Shown here one piece after another: positions 52,094-61,827 of a stretch of 64,000 bases of DNA. Origin of the DNA: an uncultured virus (IMG/VR IMGVR_UViG_3300022928_000007) (taxonomy: Duplodnaviria > Heunggongvirae > Uroviricota > Caudoviricetes); the IMG/VR virus record IMGVR_UViG_3300022928_000007; one strand, given 5' to 3'. The translations under genes and the position numbers were made by a program. The notes under the pieces are model-generated. The model worked only from the letters and a program-made list of their open reading frames with translations. It did no database searches and was not told the DNA's origin. The stretch's first letter is position 1. Each line of letters begins with the position of its first letter.

Positions 52094-52229
52094 AGAAATT
52101 GAATCCTCCAAAAACTTATTCATTAAGGAAATAAAATCCTTAAAAAAAGATAGTGTGTCTAATACTATTTTTGTTGAAAAAAAATATACAATATGGGAAA
52201 GGATAAGAAAAGTTTTAGGGATGAGTTAG
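52020..52229 (+). CDS. Hypothetical protein
   Basis: 69 aa, ends TIWERIRKVLGMS. Confidence 0.5.
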   Translation: MKEISNQDIQKELKLLQTERLKSIKEIESSKNLFIKEIKSLKKDSVSNTIFVEKKYTIWERIRKVLGMS

Positions 52230-52420
52230 AAAAGTTAGCTAATATTTCTCAGTTAGTCGACAATTCAATTTTGTCAAAGGGAGATGTTAATATAATAATA
52301 GAGTTAGAATCTAAAGAATATTTAAAAATAATCAAAAATTTTGCGGATATTTATAAAAAGTCAGAAGAATTCGTAATTGAAATCTCTGATACTAAATTTA
52401 CGTTCGTTTTGAAAAAGTAG
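52193..52420 (+). CDS. Hypothetical protein
   Basis: 75 aa. Confidence 0.5.
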   Translation: MGKDKKSFRDELEKLANISQLVDNSILSKGDVNIIIELESKEYLKIIKNFADIYKKSEEFVIEISDTKFTFVLKK

Positions 52421-53042
52421 TAGTCTGTCTATATAACTTCTTTTTATCAAATCCATTTTTAACTAATAAATCATACATCCATTTTCTTTGTGTTGTTGAG
52501 ACATCCTTAACAAATATTGAATCATTTCTATTGTTATCTCTGAAATACTGTTCCATAGTTTCTAAAAGTCTATGAGAATCCTGAATATTTTTTAAACTGA
52601 ATACTCTAAACACATCATTTATTTGTATTACCAATTTGTTATTTAAAGTCGAAATACTTTTCATTTCTTTTTTAATACAATATTTTGATATTAATTTATC
52701 AAATCCGATTCTTTTATTGGTTTGCCAATCAAATACTTTTTCTTCAACTCGATAAGGTTTTATATCTTTTATGATATAGTCTGAATCGTCAGACATAAAA
52801 ATTTCTTCATTACGCCCAATCTCGTCTTCAACGAATAGTGGTATTTGAAATGAGTCTTGATTACTTAATAATGCTAGTTCATATTTAGATTCTTCCGCAT
52901 TTTCGTATCTTACCTCAAAATAACAATTATTATTTTTAATAAGAGATTTAAATTTATCACGAGCACGTTTCTCTGACTGATAACCTTTGATTATCTTTTT
53001 CTTTTTCTTATTCTTAAATAATACAATTATATAATTCTGCAT
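52398..53042 (-). CDS. Hypothetical protein
   Basis: 214-aa ORF whose ATG overlaps the dnaJ ATG (CATG). Confidence 0.65.
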   Translation of the reverse strand: MQNYIIVLFKNKKKKKIIKGYQSEKRARDKFKSLIKNNNCYFEVRYENAEESKYELALLSNQDSFQIPLFVEDEIGRNEEIFMSDDSDYIIKDIKPYRVEEKVFDWQTNKRIGFDKLISKYCIKKEMKSISTLNNKLVIQINDVFRVFSLKNIQDSHRLLETMEQYFRDNNRNDSIFVKDVSTTQRKWMYDLLVKNGFDKKKLYRQTTTFSKRT

Positions 53043-53994
53043 GAAGAACTATTATCAAATTTTAGGTGTTAATAAAGACGCTTCTCAATCGGAGATTAAA
53101 AAAGCGTATAGAAAATTAAGTAAACAATATCATCCAGATGTCAACCCTCAAGGGGAAGATAAATTCAAAGAAATTGTTGAAGCTTATGATATTTTAGGTG
53201 ATGAAGGTAAAAGAAAACAGTATGACAACCCAAATCCTTTTGGTGGTGGTAATCCATTTGATGCATTCAGTCAAATGTTTAATAGACAACGTAGACCACA
53301 AAAACCTAAGGTAAAAGATAGGATAATAAAAGTTACCTTAACTCCTGAACAATCCTTTAAGGGTCTTAATAAAGAATTAACATATAAATCTAAAGAATCT
53401 TGTCAAATGTGTGCCGGAACAGGAGGTAACAAAAATGTATGTACATCATGTTCTGGAAGAGGAGTACACCAACAGAAAGTTGGTACGGGATTTTTTACTC
53501 AAATAGTTGAGACACAATGTCCAAGTTGCCAAGGTAGAGGTCAAATAGTGATTGACCCATGTATTAATTGTAATGGAGTAGGTGCAATCGATAAATTTAA
53601 AAACATTAGAGTTGATATACCTAAAGGGGTTGACACAGGAGATTTTTTAAGGGTTAATGGAAAAGGTGATTTTATAAATGGTATACAAGGAGATTTATTA
53701 GTACAAATTAATTTGATAAAAAGTAAGTATGAAAAGGTTGGTAATGATTTGGTATTTCAACTGATAATTAGTCCTATTGACATGATTACTAACCAAACAC
53801 TAATAGTCTCACACCCTGACGGGGACTTACAAATTAACTTACCAAAGGAGTTAAGTACGGAAAAACCCCTTAGAATAAAATCTAAAGGGTTTGTAACTAA
53901 GAGGGGTATTGGTGATTTTTATATCAAAATTTCAGTAATAAATAAACAGATTACTGAAGATGATAAATCTAAACTTAAAGAATTATTTAAGTAA
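53041..53994 (+). CDS. dnaJ: Chaperone DnaJ
   Basis: J domain with HPD, four CxxCxGxG repeats, C-terminal substrate-binding domain. Confidence 0.92.
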   Translation: MKNYYQILGVNKDASQSEIKKAYRKLSKQYHPDVNPQGEDKFKEIVEAYDILGDEGKRKQYDNPNPFGGGNPFDAFSQMFNRQRRPQKPKVKDRIIKVTLTPEQSFKGLNKELTYKSKESCQMCAGTGGNKNVCTSCSGRGVHQQKVGTGFFTQIVETQCPSCQGRGQIVIDPCINCNGVGAIDKFKNIRVDIPKGVDTGDFLRVNGKGDFINGIQGDLLVQINLIKSKYEKVGNDLVFQLIISPIDMITNQTLIVSHPDGDLQINLPKELSTEKPLRIKSKGFVTKRGIGDFYIKISVINKQITEDDKSKLKELFK

Positions 53995-54162
53995 CGTTCC
54001 AATAAGTTGAATTAATTTTATAGTCCCGTATATTGATGTACCCAACATGTAGAATGAAATTAATACTACAAATTTTTGACTAACATTTAAACCCTTATTA
54101 CAGGTCTTACACTTTTTGTCTTTTTTTATTTCTTCTCCCTTAACTGTATACTCTTTTGACAT
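53983..54162 (-). CDS. Small CxxC + TM protein (59 aa), not in ORF track
   Basis: [59 protein letters not shown]. Confidence 0.5.
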   Translation of the reverse strand: MSKEYTVKGEEIKKDKKCKTCNKGLNVSQKFVVLISFYMLGTSIYGTIKLIQLIGTLLK

Positions 54163-54229
54163 AATATTATTTTTAATACGTCTAATTTAAGTAAAAAACA
54201 TTACTTTGTAAATCAATATATAAATAATA

Positions 54230-54586
54230 TTAGTCTTTAGTTGCCACTAAAAAGTTAATATCGGTGATTATCTTAGCTCTTGACTTTAGACCGTTAGAAT
54301 ATGTCACTTCAACATAATCATTATCAAGGTAATGTTTCCACACACCATGTTTTACTCCATTCTTAAACTTACCTATAACTAATAAGTTTCCACTTTTGTC
54401 ATATTGTTTCCATATACCAATATGTTTACCATTTTCATTGTATGTCCCTTCTTCTAATATTATTCCTGTTTCAGATGTTTTTGTATAGACAATATTATTG
54501 TCAAAATCTCTAACATATGTTTTTTGTTCTTGAGACAGTACACTTATTGAAAATAACATAGACATAATTAATAATAAATTTCTCAT
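54230..54586 (-). CDS. Secreted MORN-variant repeat protein (YwqK-like)
   Basis: Signal peptide MRNLLLIMSMLFSISVLSQ; EGTY.NGK..G.WK.Y repeats. Confidence 0.7.
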   Translation of the reverse strand: MRNLLLIMSMLFSISVLSQEQKTYVRDFDNNIVYTKTSETGIILEEGTYNENGKHIGIWKQYDKSGNLLVIGKFKNGVKHGVWKHYLDNDYVEVTYSNGLKSRAKIITDINFLVATKD

Positions 54587-54780
54587 AATTATTGTTATTT
54601 AGATTAGGTTTATTTTATACCACTTCAGTGATAAAATATGTTACTCATTTTAATATTTCAATAACTGTTTGGTAACAGTTTGGTAACATTTAGTTAACAA
54701 TAAATATAGTTAAAATTGATAATATGTCTATAAAATCATTCATTTTAAACTCCTTTGTATATTTATAATAAAAAAATATT

Positions 54781-54993
54781 ATGAAAAAAATTTTAGATTT
54801 TATTAAAAATGTTTACAATTTAGTTAAGAATTGGATTGTTGGAAACGGTATCGAAGGTGTAGTTGGGCTAATTGCAGGTTTATTACTATGGTCATTCGGT
54901 TATAAGATTTATGCAGGTTTCGCATTTGGTGTATTTGCAACCAGAAATTGGGAACTACTTAAATCTTGGGTAATTAAGAAGATTGGTAAATAA
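54781..54993 (+). CDS. Small membrane protein
   Basis: Hydrophobic core; TATTTATA upstream (54760-67) and terminator downstream. Confidence 0.6.
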   Translation: MKKILDFIKNVYNLVKNWIVGNGIEGVVGLIAGLLLWSFGYKIYAGFAFGVFATRNWELLKSWVIKKIGK

Positions 54994-54998
54994 GAAAT

Positions 54999-55027
54999 AA
55001 AAAACCTCACTTCGGTGGGGTTTTTTT
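54999..55027 (+). terminator. Intrinsic terminator
   Basis: cctcac-ttcg-gtgggg stem (cUUCGg loop) and T7. Confidence 0.85.
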
Positions 55028-55037
55028 ATGGTTTACA

Positions 55038-55068
55038 TTTGCTTTTTGAATATTTTTTACTATGTTTG
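55038..55068 (+). promoter_or_regulatory. Bacteroidota-type sigma-A promoter
   Basis: TTTG (55038-41), 19 nt, TATGTTTG (55061-68). Confidence 0.7.
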
Positions 55069-55083
55069 TAAAAAAGAAAAATT

Positions 55084-56001
55084 ATGTTATCATATATCGG
55101 AGGTAAAAGTAGAATAGGTAAATGGATAGTAGAGTACTATCCAACAGACATGGAGGTCTATTTAGAAACATTTGGAGGAATGTTTTGGTGTTTTTATAAT
55201 ATGGACTTAGATTTATATCCTAATCTTAAGAAAGTGGTTTATAATGATTTTAATCCACTAAACTATAATTTGTTTCTTTGTATTCAGAATCCAACAGAAT
55301 TACTTAAAGCTGTTGAAAATATACCTTGTCAACAAAAAGGGGTTTATCCAACGCCACCAATGTATAAAGATTTATTTAATGAGTTTCAGAAAGAAATATT
55401 TGCAGACTCGTATACTACAATCAAAAAACCTAATTATGAATTGGCCGCTAAATATGCTTATGTTCTAACTCAAGTTTTTAGTGGTAGTAAACCTGAAACA
55501 TCAAGTTTCATTGACCTTAAAGGGAAGTATAAATCAAAATACTTAACATTTAGAGATAAATTAAAGAATGATAAGTGGGTTAAAAAATTCTTAGCGGTCA
55601 CTCACGTTGAGAATATGGATTTTGATGACGTAATTGAAAAATATGATTCACCAACAACGTATATATATTTAGACCCACCGTATTGGAAAACTGAAAATTA
55701 TTATTCTAATCATGATTTTGACCGAAATGACCATGAAAGACTTGCCAACACCTTGCAAAATGTAAAAGGTAAATTTTCATTATCTTACTACGACTTTGAC
55801 CTTTTACATACTTGGTTTCCTAAAACTAAATTCGCTTGGGCGGAAAAAGATTTTGCTAAAGCTGCTGCGGCATCTAAAGGTAAAAAACAAAATAAAGGTA
55901 CTGAGTTATTGATTATGAATTATACTATAAAAGGTATAACATCGTTTGAAGTTAAAACAGAAAATGAAATCAATAGAGGTCAACTTTCTTTAGACCTATA
56001 A
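55084..56001 (+). CDS. DNA adenine methyltransferase (Dam/D12 class)
   Basis: YIGGKS, E.FGG, VYND, YLDPPY, ELLIMNY. Confidence 0.88.
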   Translation: MLSYIGGKSRIGKWIVEYYPTDMEVYLETFGGMFWCFYNMDLDLYPNLKKVVYNDFNPLNYNLFLCIQNPTELLKAVENIPCQQKGVYPTPPMYKDLFNEFQKEIFADSYTTIKKPNYELAAKYAYVLTQVFSGSKPETSSFIDLKGKYKSKYLTFRDKLKNDKWVKKFLAVTHVENMDFDDVIEKYDSPTTYIYLDPPYWKTENYYSNHDFDRNDHERLANTLQNVKGKFSLSYYDFDLLHTWFPKTKFAWAEKDFAKAAAASKGKKQNKGTELLIMNYTIKGITSFEVKTENEINRGQLSLDL

Positions 56002-56079
56002 TTACATACACTTCTTATACAATATAAAAAATAGAATATTTTTAATTTATAACATATTTATATGAAAACGAATAGAGAT

Positions 56080-57408
56080 ATGAAGTTTAATAAAATCATT
56101 AAAAGTATTATAGTAGAACAGGGTCGTTATGAGATTCTGAAAAAAACCTATACTCAACCTAAAAAAAAAGGTGAGAAGGTTAAGCCCGCAAAAATGTCAC
56201 TTGAACAACTTAACAAAATAGTTTTAGCTGACCCAACCACTCGAAGAGACGGTGAAAATATTAAAAAGGCAGGAAAATACGTAAATTGGATTATAAAACA
56301 ATTTTTACAGATTGAACCAAAAATAGAGTCTCAATATGGTTCGCCTCAATTCAAAAAAGATTTAAAGGAGAAAACTGATTTGTTTTTTGAGGATTTGTAT
56401 AAAACTACTGAAGATTTAACTAAATTTGATAGATTTAAAGGCCAACTAGATAGTGAATTAAGAGATATAAACAAATTAACTATTGATACTTTATTTAATT
56501 CAGTTAAAGACTTTAGTTTAGAAAAAGCCACGACTACTAAAGCTGAAAGAAAAAAGATGGATGTACATCCAGGGGCTGAACAAGTCTATAGCGGTTCTAA
56601 ATATGATGTTTATATGATTGAAGACCAAGGAGACCTTGGTAAAGAAGCCGCATGTTTCTATGGGGGACAAAATAAAGAAACACGTTGGTGTACATCAGCA
56701 CCTGGTCTCTCATATTTTAACACTTACATTAAGCAAGGTCCTTTATACGTATTAATTGATAAGACTGACACCGAAGTAGGTGATGTGTCAGGATTACCAA
56801 AACATAGATATCAATTCCATTTCCCAAGTAATCAGTTTATGGATATTAATGATAGACAAATTAATCTAGTGGAATTTTTACTTGGAGAAGAGGAAGGGTT
56901 AAGAGAGTTCTTTAAACCTGAATTTATGAAGGGACTATCTAGTGCGGACGGAACAGAGGTTACGGTTGAATACCCAAGAGATGCCGCTTCAAAGTTTATT
57001 GCCTTATATGGGTTTGATAAATTCTTTGAAGATTTACCTAATAATTTAGGTAGGTTAGATTTTATTAAAGGAAGTTCAGGTAGGTATGGTCAACAAGATA
57101 ATAAAGACCTTAACATAAAAATACCAGAAAGTATTGGTAGATTCAAAAATATGTACGCATTACACCTTGACGGTATATTAGATGAGTTACCTTCAAGTAT
57201 ATCAAACTTAGAAGACTTAATGTTTTTATCACTTCCTAATAATAAAAACCTTAAATCATTACCTAAAGAAATGGCGGAAAAGAATGGTGATGATTACAAA
57301 ATGAAAAATTTAGCAGTTATAACTCTGGCAGGAACTAACCCTAATATAGAAATTCCTGAAGAGGTTCAAAAAATGATTGACGAAAAAGGTATCAAAGTTT
57401 TTAAGTAA
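56080..57408 (+). CDS. Phage protein with WCT motif and C-terminal leucine-rich repeats
   Basis: Likely start MKFNKIIKSIIVEQ; TRWCTS..YQFHF; IPESIGRFKNMYALHL, LPSSISNLEDLMFLSL, LKSLPKE. Confidence 0.65.
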   Translation: MKFNKIIKSIIVEQGRYEILKKTYTQPKKKGEKVKPAKMSLEQLNKIVLADPTTRRDGENIKKAGKYVNWIIKQFLQIEPKIESQYGSPQFKKDLKEKTDLFFEDLYKTTEDLTKFDRFKGQLDSELRDINKLTIDTLFNSVKDFSLEKATTTKAERKKMDVHPGAEQVYSGSKYDVYMIEDQGDLGKEAACFYGGQNKETRWCTSAPGLSYFNTYIKQGPLYVLIDKTDTEVGDVSGLPKHRYQFHFPSNQFMDINDRQINLVEFLLGEEEGLREFFKPEFMKGLSSADGTEVTVEYPRDAASKFIALYGFDKFFEDLPNNLGRLDFIKGSSGRYGQQDNKDLNIKIPESIGRFKNMYALHLDGILDELPSSISNLEDLMFLSLPNNKNLKSLPKEMAEKNGDDYKMKNLAVITLAGTNPNIEIPEEVQKMIDEKGIKVFK

Positions 57409-57458
57409 ATCATTGAAATTCTGTTATATTTCATTTAGTTTTATTTAAAATTACTATT

Positions 57459-57746
57459 ATGTCAAACATAGATGTTGAAATATATTTCTCACAATTCAAA
57501 ACTTTTTTTGTTGAAAACCCTAAAGAATTAAGAAAATTAATAGGGAGAGCTTCTGACGAAGAGTTTTTTAATGAAGTTTATCTTGAGATAAATAATAATC
57601 ACGAAAGAGGTGAGGAAGTAGTATTAACACAAAAACAAATAATAGAAATAGTTCTAAAAATTAATAAATCAAAACCTAAAGACATTAATGATACTGTAGA
57701 TAGTATTTTCCAAAAAACTGATTTTGGTTTGATTTGTTTGAATTGA
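57459..57746 (+). CDS. Hypothetical protein
   Basis: 95 aa. Confidence 0.6.
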   Translation: MSNIDVEIYFSQFKTFFVENPKELRKLIGRASDEEFFNEVYLEINNNHERGEEVVLTQKQIIEIVLKINKSKPKDINDTVDSIFQKTDFGLICLN

Positions 57747-57823
57747 TATCTTATCCATACCCTTTATTTATTTTTCTAATTATTTATTTTGAATATATAA
57801 TAAACTAATAATTTATATGATAA

Positions 57824-59257
57824 ATGTACTGTAGAGATAATAGTTATAGTGATGGTATCGACAGATTTATAGTTATTACTGTCGCTACAGAAAATAACAA
57901 AGAATTAGACCGATTTAGAGAATCGTGTCATATTAATAATATACCCTACAAGATTATTGGTTTAGGTCAAGAATGGACAGGAGGTGAGGCTAAAGATGGG
58001 GTATTGTTACAACCTGGAGGAGCACAAAAAATAAATCTTCTTAAGAAAGAATTAGAGGATTATCCTAATTTATCTAATCACATAATTTTATTTACAGATT
58101 CATATGATGTAATAATTAATTCAACACCAAGTGAAATAGTTAGTAAATTTAGGACTATGAAATCACCCGTAGTATTTTCAGCTGAAAAAACTTGTTGGCC
58201 GAAAAAAGATTTACAAAATAAGTACCCACCATCAACTACGGAGTATAAATTTTTAAATTCAGGAGGATTTATTGGTTACGGAGACCACATAATTAAAATT
58301 GTAAATAAAATTGATGTAAGCAATGATTACGATGACCAACTATATTACACTGAAAGATACTTTGAGTCTTTAGCTGAAGATAAGAATATCATTTTAGATA
58401 ATAATCAAAATATATTTCAAACCCTTAATGAATCCTTAGATGATGTTTTGGTGAAGGACGGTAAAGTTTTTAACAGAATAACAAATACGTATCCTTTAAT
58501 AATTCATGGAAATGGTGGTTCGTCAATAAAAAATGTCCTAAATGATTATTACCGCAGGTTATTTGATAAAGATGTTACAACTATAAATTATTTTAAGAAG
58601 GAAGATGACTTGGAGGATTTTGAGGATAATGTTAATATAGGATTATTTCTTGATGAGGAAGTCCCTAACATTAATCAAACTTTCGACCACATTAGATTTT
58701 TAAAATACCCTAAAGATAAAATATCCCTCACAATATATTATTCTGATAACACACACAAGTATGATATTGATTTGTTTGAGAAAAAATATTCACATATTTT
58801 TAAAGAGTTTTATGTAAAATTTAATGACGATGGTAAAATAAAGTCACGAAAAGACTTTTTGATTAATTCTTATGGTCTGTCTGATTATACAGTTTTAATG
58901 GAATCAAATCACATTTTTAGAAATAATAAATCTTTAGGGTTGATTATCAAAGAGTGTGAAGGTATAATAACTCCTATGATTCATAAAGAAGGTAGTGATT
59001 GGGTTAATTTTGATTGTGAAAAGACTAAAAAGGATTCTTACAGGACTTATGAAACTAAAGGAATATGGGAGGTAAATTATCTTTACGGTATACACGTCAT
59101 AAAAAATGATTTAATTCCTTACTGTGTAAATTCTTTATATATTAATTACGATAACTATACAGACCCTAATTGGGACATTATGTTGTGTGATAATTTAAAA
59201 AGTAGAGGGGAAACTCTACAAATTTCAAATACAAACTATTACGGAGGAATTATATAA
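57824..59257 (+). CDS. PLOD-like glycosyltransferase + accessory domain (no hydroxylase domain)
   Basis: VITVATE, LGQEWTGG, GGAQKINLLK, ILFTDSYDV, FSAEKTCWP, FLNSGGFIGY, DDQLYYT, IFQTLN, IHGNG; then LKYPKDKISL. Confidence 0.85.
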   Translation: MYCRDNSYSDGIDRFIVITVATENNKELDRFRESCHINNIPYKIIGLGQEWTGGEAKDGVLLQPGGAQKINLLKKELEDYPNLSNHIILFTDSYDVIINSTPSEIVSKFRTMKSPVVFSAEKTCWPKKDLQNKYPPSTTEYKFLNSGGFIGYGDHIIKIVNKIDVSNDYDDQLYYTERYFESLAEDKNIILDNNQNIFQTLNESLDDVLVKDGKVFNRITNTYPLIIHGNGGSSIKNVLNDYYRRLFDKDVTTINYFKKEDDLEDFEDNVNIGLFLDEEVPNINQTFDHIRFLKYPKDKISLTIYYSDNTHKYDIDLFEKKYSHIFKEFYVKFNDDGKIKSRKDFLINSYGLSDYTVLMESNHIFRNNKSLGLIIKECEGIITPMIHKEGSDWVNFDCEKTKKDSYRTYETKGIWEVNYLYGIHVIKNDLIPYCVNSLYINYDNYTDPNWDIMLCDNLKSRGETLQISNTNYYGGII

Positions 59258-59299
59258 TTCTTCTTTTTTTATTAATTATTTTTTACTATTTTTGTGTTT

Positions 59300-60946
59300 A
59301 TGGATAAACGTGAAAATTTACATTACAAAAAAGTTATAGACTCTTATAGTATTGATTACTTTAGAGGTTATAACCGTATTAATGATAGATTTGAAACATA
59401 TTCTGTACCTAAGTATGGTCATTGGGCTCATATTGATAAAAAGAGTGTCGATGAAAAAGAGTTTAAGGATAATTACGCTAATCAACAAGTTGCAGTTGAA
59501 AGTACAAAATACATAATAGTAATTGAAGAGTTTAGTAATAAAATTTCATTAAAATTATATTCAACATTCCGAGCTCGTTCAGTAGGTGCAAAGTTTTTTA
59601 GAGTTAGAAAGGAATTATTATTTGTTACATACAATTTAAAGTTTAATAATTTTTATACTGGTATTGTAAACAAAAAAAATAAAAAATTAATTAATAAGAG
59701 AGTTCGCGTTAATGATTTTTATAATCATCCTTTTAGTCGTATTGGTTTAGAAATAAGAAAAGTACTAAGAGACAGTTCACTAAAAAATGGTGGTAATATA
59801 GATGTTATACCTAATATGACAAAGATAAATGATTTATCGGATAACATCATGAATATATTTTTAAACGCTATAATGGAAAAATGTGAAGTTAAATGTGATA
59901 TTAGGAGTAAAGACCACGAGGAAAGGTTTTTTCAACTATTTTTAGAATGTAATAAATTTAAGTATCCTAATAATTACAAAGAATACTCAAAATTACGTAT
60001 ACCTAAAAAACTACTTAAAAAACAAATTAATTTAGTTTCATCATTTATGTCTACTAATTCTTTATATGGAAAAAAAGTACGAAAGTTTTTAAATAGTGGT
60101 GATAATATAGATTTTAATAAGTTAGTTAATCTCTATCGGTTGTTAGGAGTAGATTATTTTAACCTCTTAAATGATAGTGTATTTTCAAAAAACGATTTAC
60201 AATACTATGATTCTTTTAAAGTTAACGAATTAGATTTTAGTTTAAATTTATCAAACACAATGAAAACGAGGATAGTGAACGTGATAAATCAAGGACTTAG
60301 ACTTAATTTACTTACAGACCATTTAAGGATGGTTAGTGACTTGAGAGAAAAACATAATTATATATTTAAATGTCATTTTAAAAATATAGATGAATTTAGT
60401 AATGAACATTATGATTTATCAGAGTTATTACAGTCTTATAATACAGGGGTAATTAACAGAAATTATGGTGATGAGGTTAATTCATGTATCGAAAATACGA
60501 TAAGTGATTTAGTTGGTATTGAGTATTATCCAAAAGTATTAACTAATACTAAAGAGTATAATGAAGAATCACAAATTCAAAAAAATTGTGTAAGAACTTA
60601 CTCCGAAAAATCAAATAATATTATAATATCACTTAGATGTGGTAATATTAATAGTAATAATCGTGCAACTATTGAATATCGTTTTACTAAAAACAATATA
60701 GAAAGAGTACAATCTTTAGGAGGTAAAAACCATCAATTAAGTAATATGTGGAAAGTACCTTTAGATATTTTAGATGAGAGAGTTAAAACCTTATATAAAA
60801 ATAAAATATTAAATCCTCCTCATTTGTTTAAAGAATACAAAAGTGGTTTAGTAATTGAAAGACGCGCAGTATTAGATGGTGATTATGTAGTATGGGATAA
60901 CATCGATGATTTACAAGAAAATGAAATTATGGATTTACCATTTTAA
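59300..60946 (+). CDS. PcfJ-like domain protein
   Basis: C-terminal EES..QKNCVRTY...ISLR...RATIE...VQ pattern. Confidence 0.6.
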   Translation: MDKRENLHYKKVIDSYSIDYFRGYNRINDRFETYSVPKYGHWAHIDKKSVDEKEFKDNYANQQVAVESTKYIIVIEEFSNKISLKLYSTFRARSVGAKFFRVRKELLFVTYNLKFNNFYTGIVNKKNKKLINKRVRVNDFYNHPFSRIGLEIRKVLRDSSLKNGGNIDVIPNMTKINDLSDNIMNIFLNAIMEKCEVKCDIRSKDHEERFFQLFLECNKFKYPNNYKEYSKLRIPKKLLKKQINLVSSFMSTNSLYGKKVRKFLNSGDNIDFNKLVNLYRLLGVDYFNLLNDSVFSKNDLQYYDSFKVNELDFSLNLSNTMKTRIVNVINQGLRLNLLTDHLRMVSDLREKHNYIFKCHFKNIDEFSNEHYDLSELLQSYNTGVINRNYGDEVNSCIENTISDLVGIEYYPKVLTNTKEYNEESQIQKNCVRTYSEKSNNIIISLRCGNINSNNRATIEYRFTKNNIERVQSLGGKNHQLSNMWKVPLDILDERVKTLYKNKILNPPHLFKEYKSGLVIERRAVLDGDYVVWDNIDDLQENEIMDLPF

Positions 60947-61018
60947 CTTATTGACATAATAAAAATATTATACTATGTTTACTACAAAATAAATTCTATA
61001 ATTAAATACTAAAAAAAA

Positions 61019-61216
61019 ATGTCAAAATTAAGAAGAAGAGTAATATACACAGATATTAGATGGGAAGAAACAGAACCACTAACTGAAGAGCAAATTAAAA
61101 AATGGAAATCAGACGATGAAGAACTCCAAGAGGAAGTTATGGATGAGGTAGAGTTTGATTTAGTTAACGATAAGGCCTTAGAAGATTCTGATTGGCCCGA
61201 ATTAATAGAAGAATAA
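61019..61216 (+). CDS. Small acidic protein
   Basis: 65 aa. Confidence 0.6.
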   Translation: MSKLRRRVIYTDIRWEETEPLTEEQIKKWKSDDEELQEEVMDEVEFDLVNDKALEDSDWPELIEE

Positions 61217-61226
61217 AAATAAAGAT

Positions 61227-61826
61227 ATGGCAAATAATTTAAAAAGTTTCGTTAAAGTTAATGCTAACGAAAAAACGGTAAAATTTATTGATTCTTTAAT
61301 CGATAAAATTAATGATAATGACAATGATAGTTCTATAACTGCATTCGCAAAGGCATTCTACAACAATGTAGAGTTAGGTGAAAGTGGAGGTGTGATGAAT
61401 TCGTGGTCGTTGGATAATCTTGGTTCTAAATGGACCACTTTGTACGATGTTCAAGATGAGGCTGAGTTCTCAATAGAATCTGCTTGGTATCCACCAAAAG
61501 AATTTTTTATACATCTATATAACTTATGTGTAGAATTAGATGAAAATGTTGAAATTGAAGTTACTTACGAAGATGAAACATATAGTCCAATTGGTGCGAT
61601 TTTAATTAAGAAAGATAATGAAGGAACTCCTTGTATGTGGGTCGAAGAAGATGATGATATTGAGAATCCACTTGAGGATATGGATTGGGACGATGAGGAA
61701 TATGATACAAAATCTGAGGAGTTTTATGATAGTATTTATGAGAATCAACAATCACTATTGGCGTTATGTCATGAATTAGTATTAACAGATGGGGAACCAA
61801 TATTAGAAAAAGAAGAAGTAGAATAA
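61227..61826 (+). CDS. DUF1281/Api92-like protein
   Basis: MANN, W..DN.GSKW, IESAWYPP, YEDE. Confidence 0.55.
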   Translation: MANNLKSFVKVNANEKTVKFIDSLIDKINDNDNDSSITAFAKAFYNNVELGESGGVMNSWSLDNLGSKWTTLYDVQDEAEFSIESAWYPPKEFFIHLYNLCVELDENVEIEVTYEDETYSPIGAILIKKDNEGTPCMWVEEDDDIENPLEDMDWDDEEYDTKSEEFYDSIYENQQSLLALCHELVLTDGEPILEKEEVE

Positions 61827-61827
61827 T

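Noticed and set aside
54587..54780. Short repeat gtttggtaaca x2 in an intergenic region as origin or ncRNA
   Set aside because: Only two short copies between divergent genes; insufficient support.
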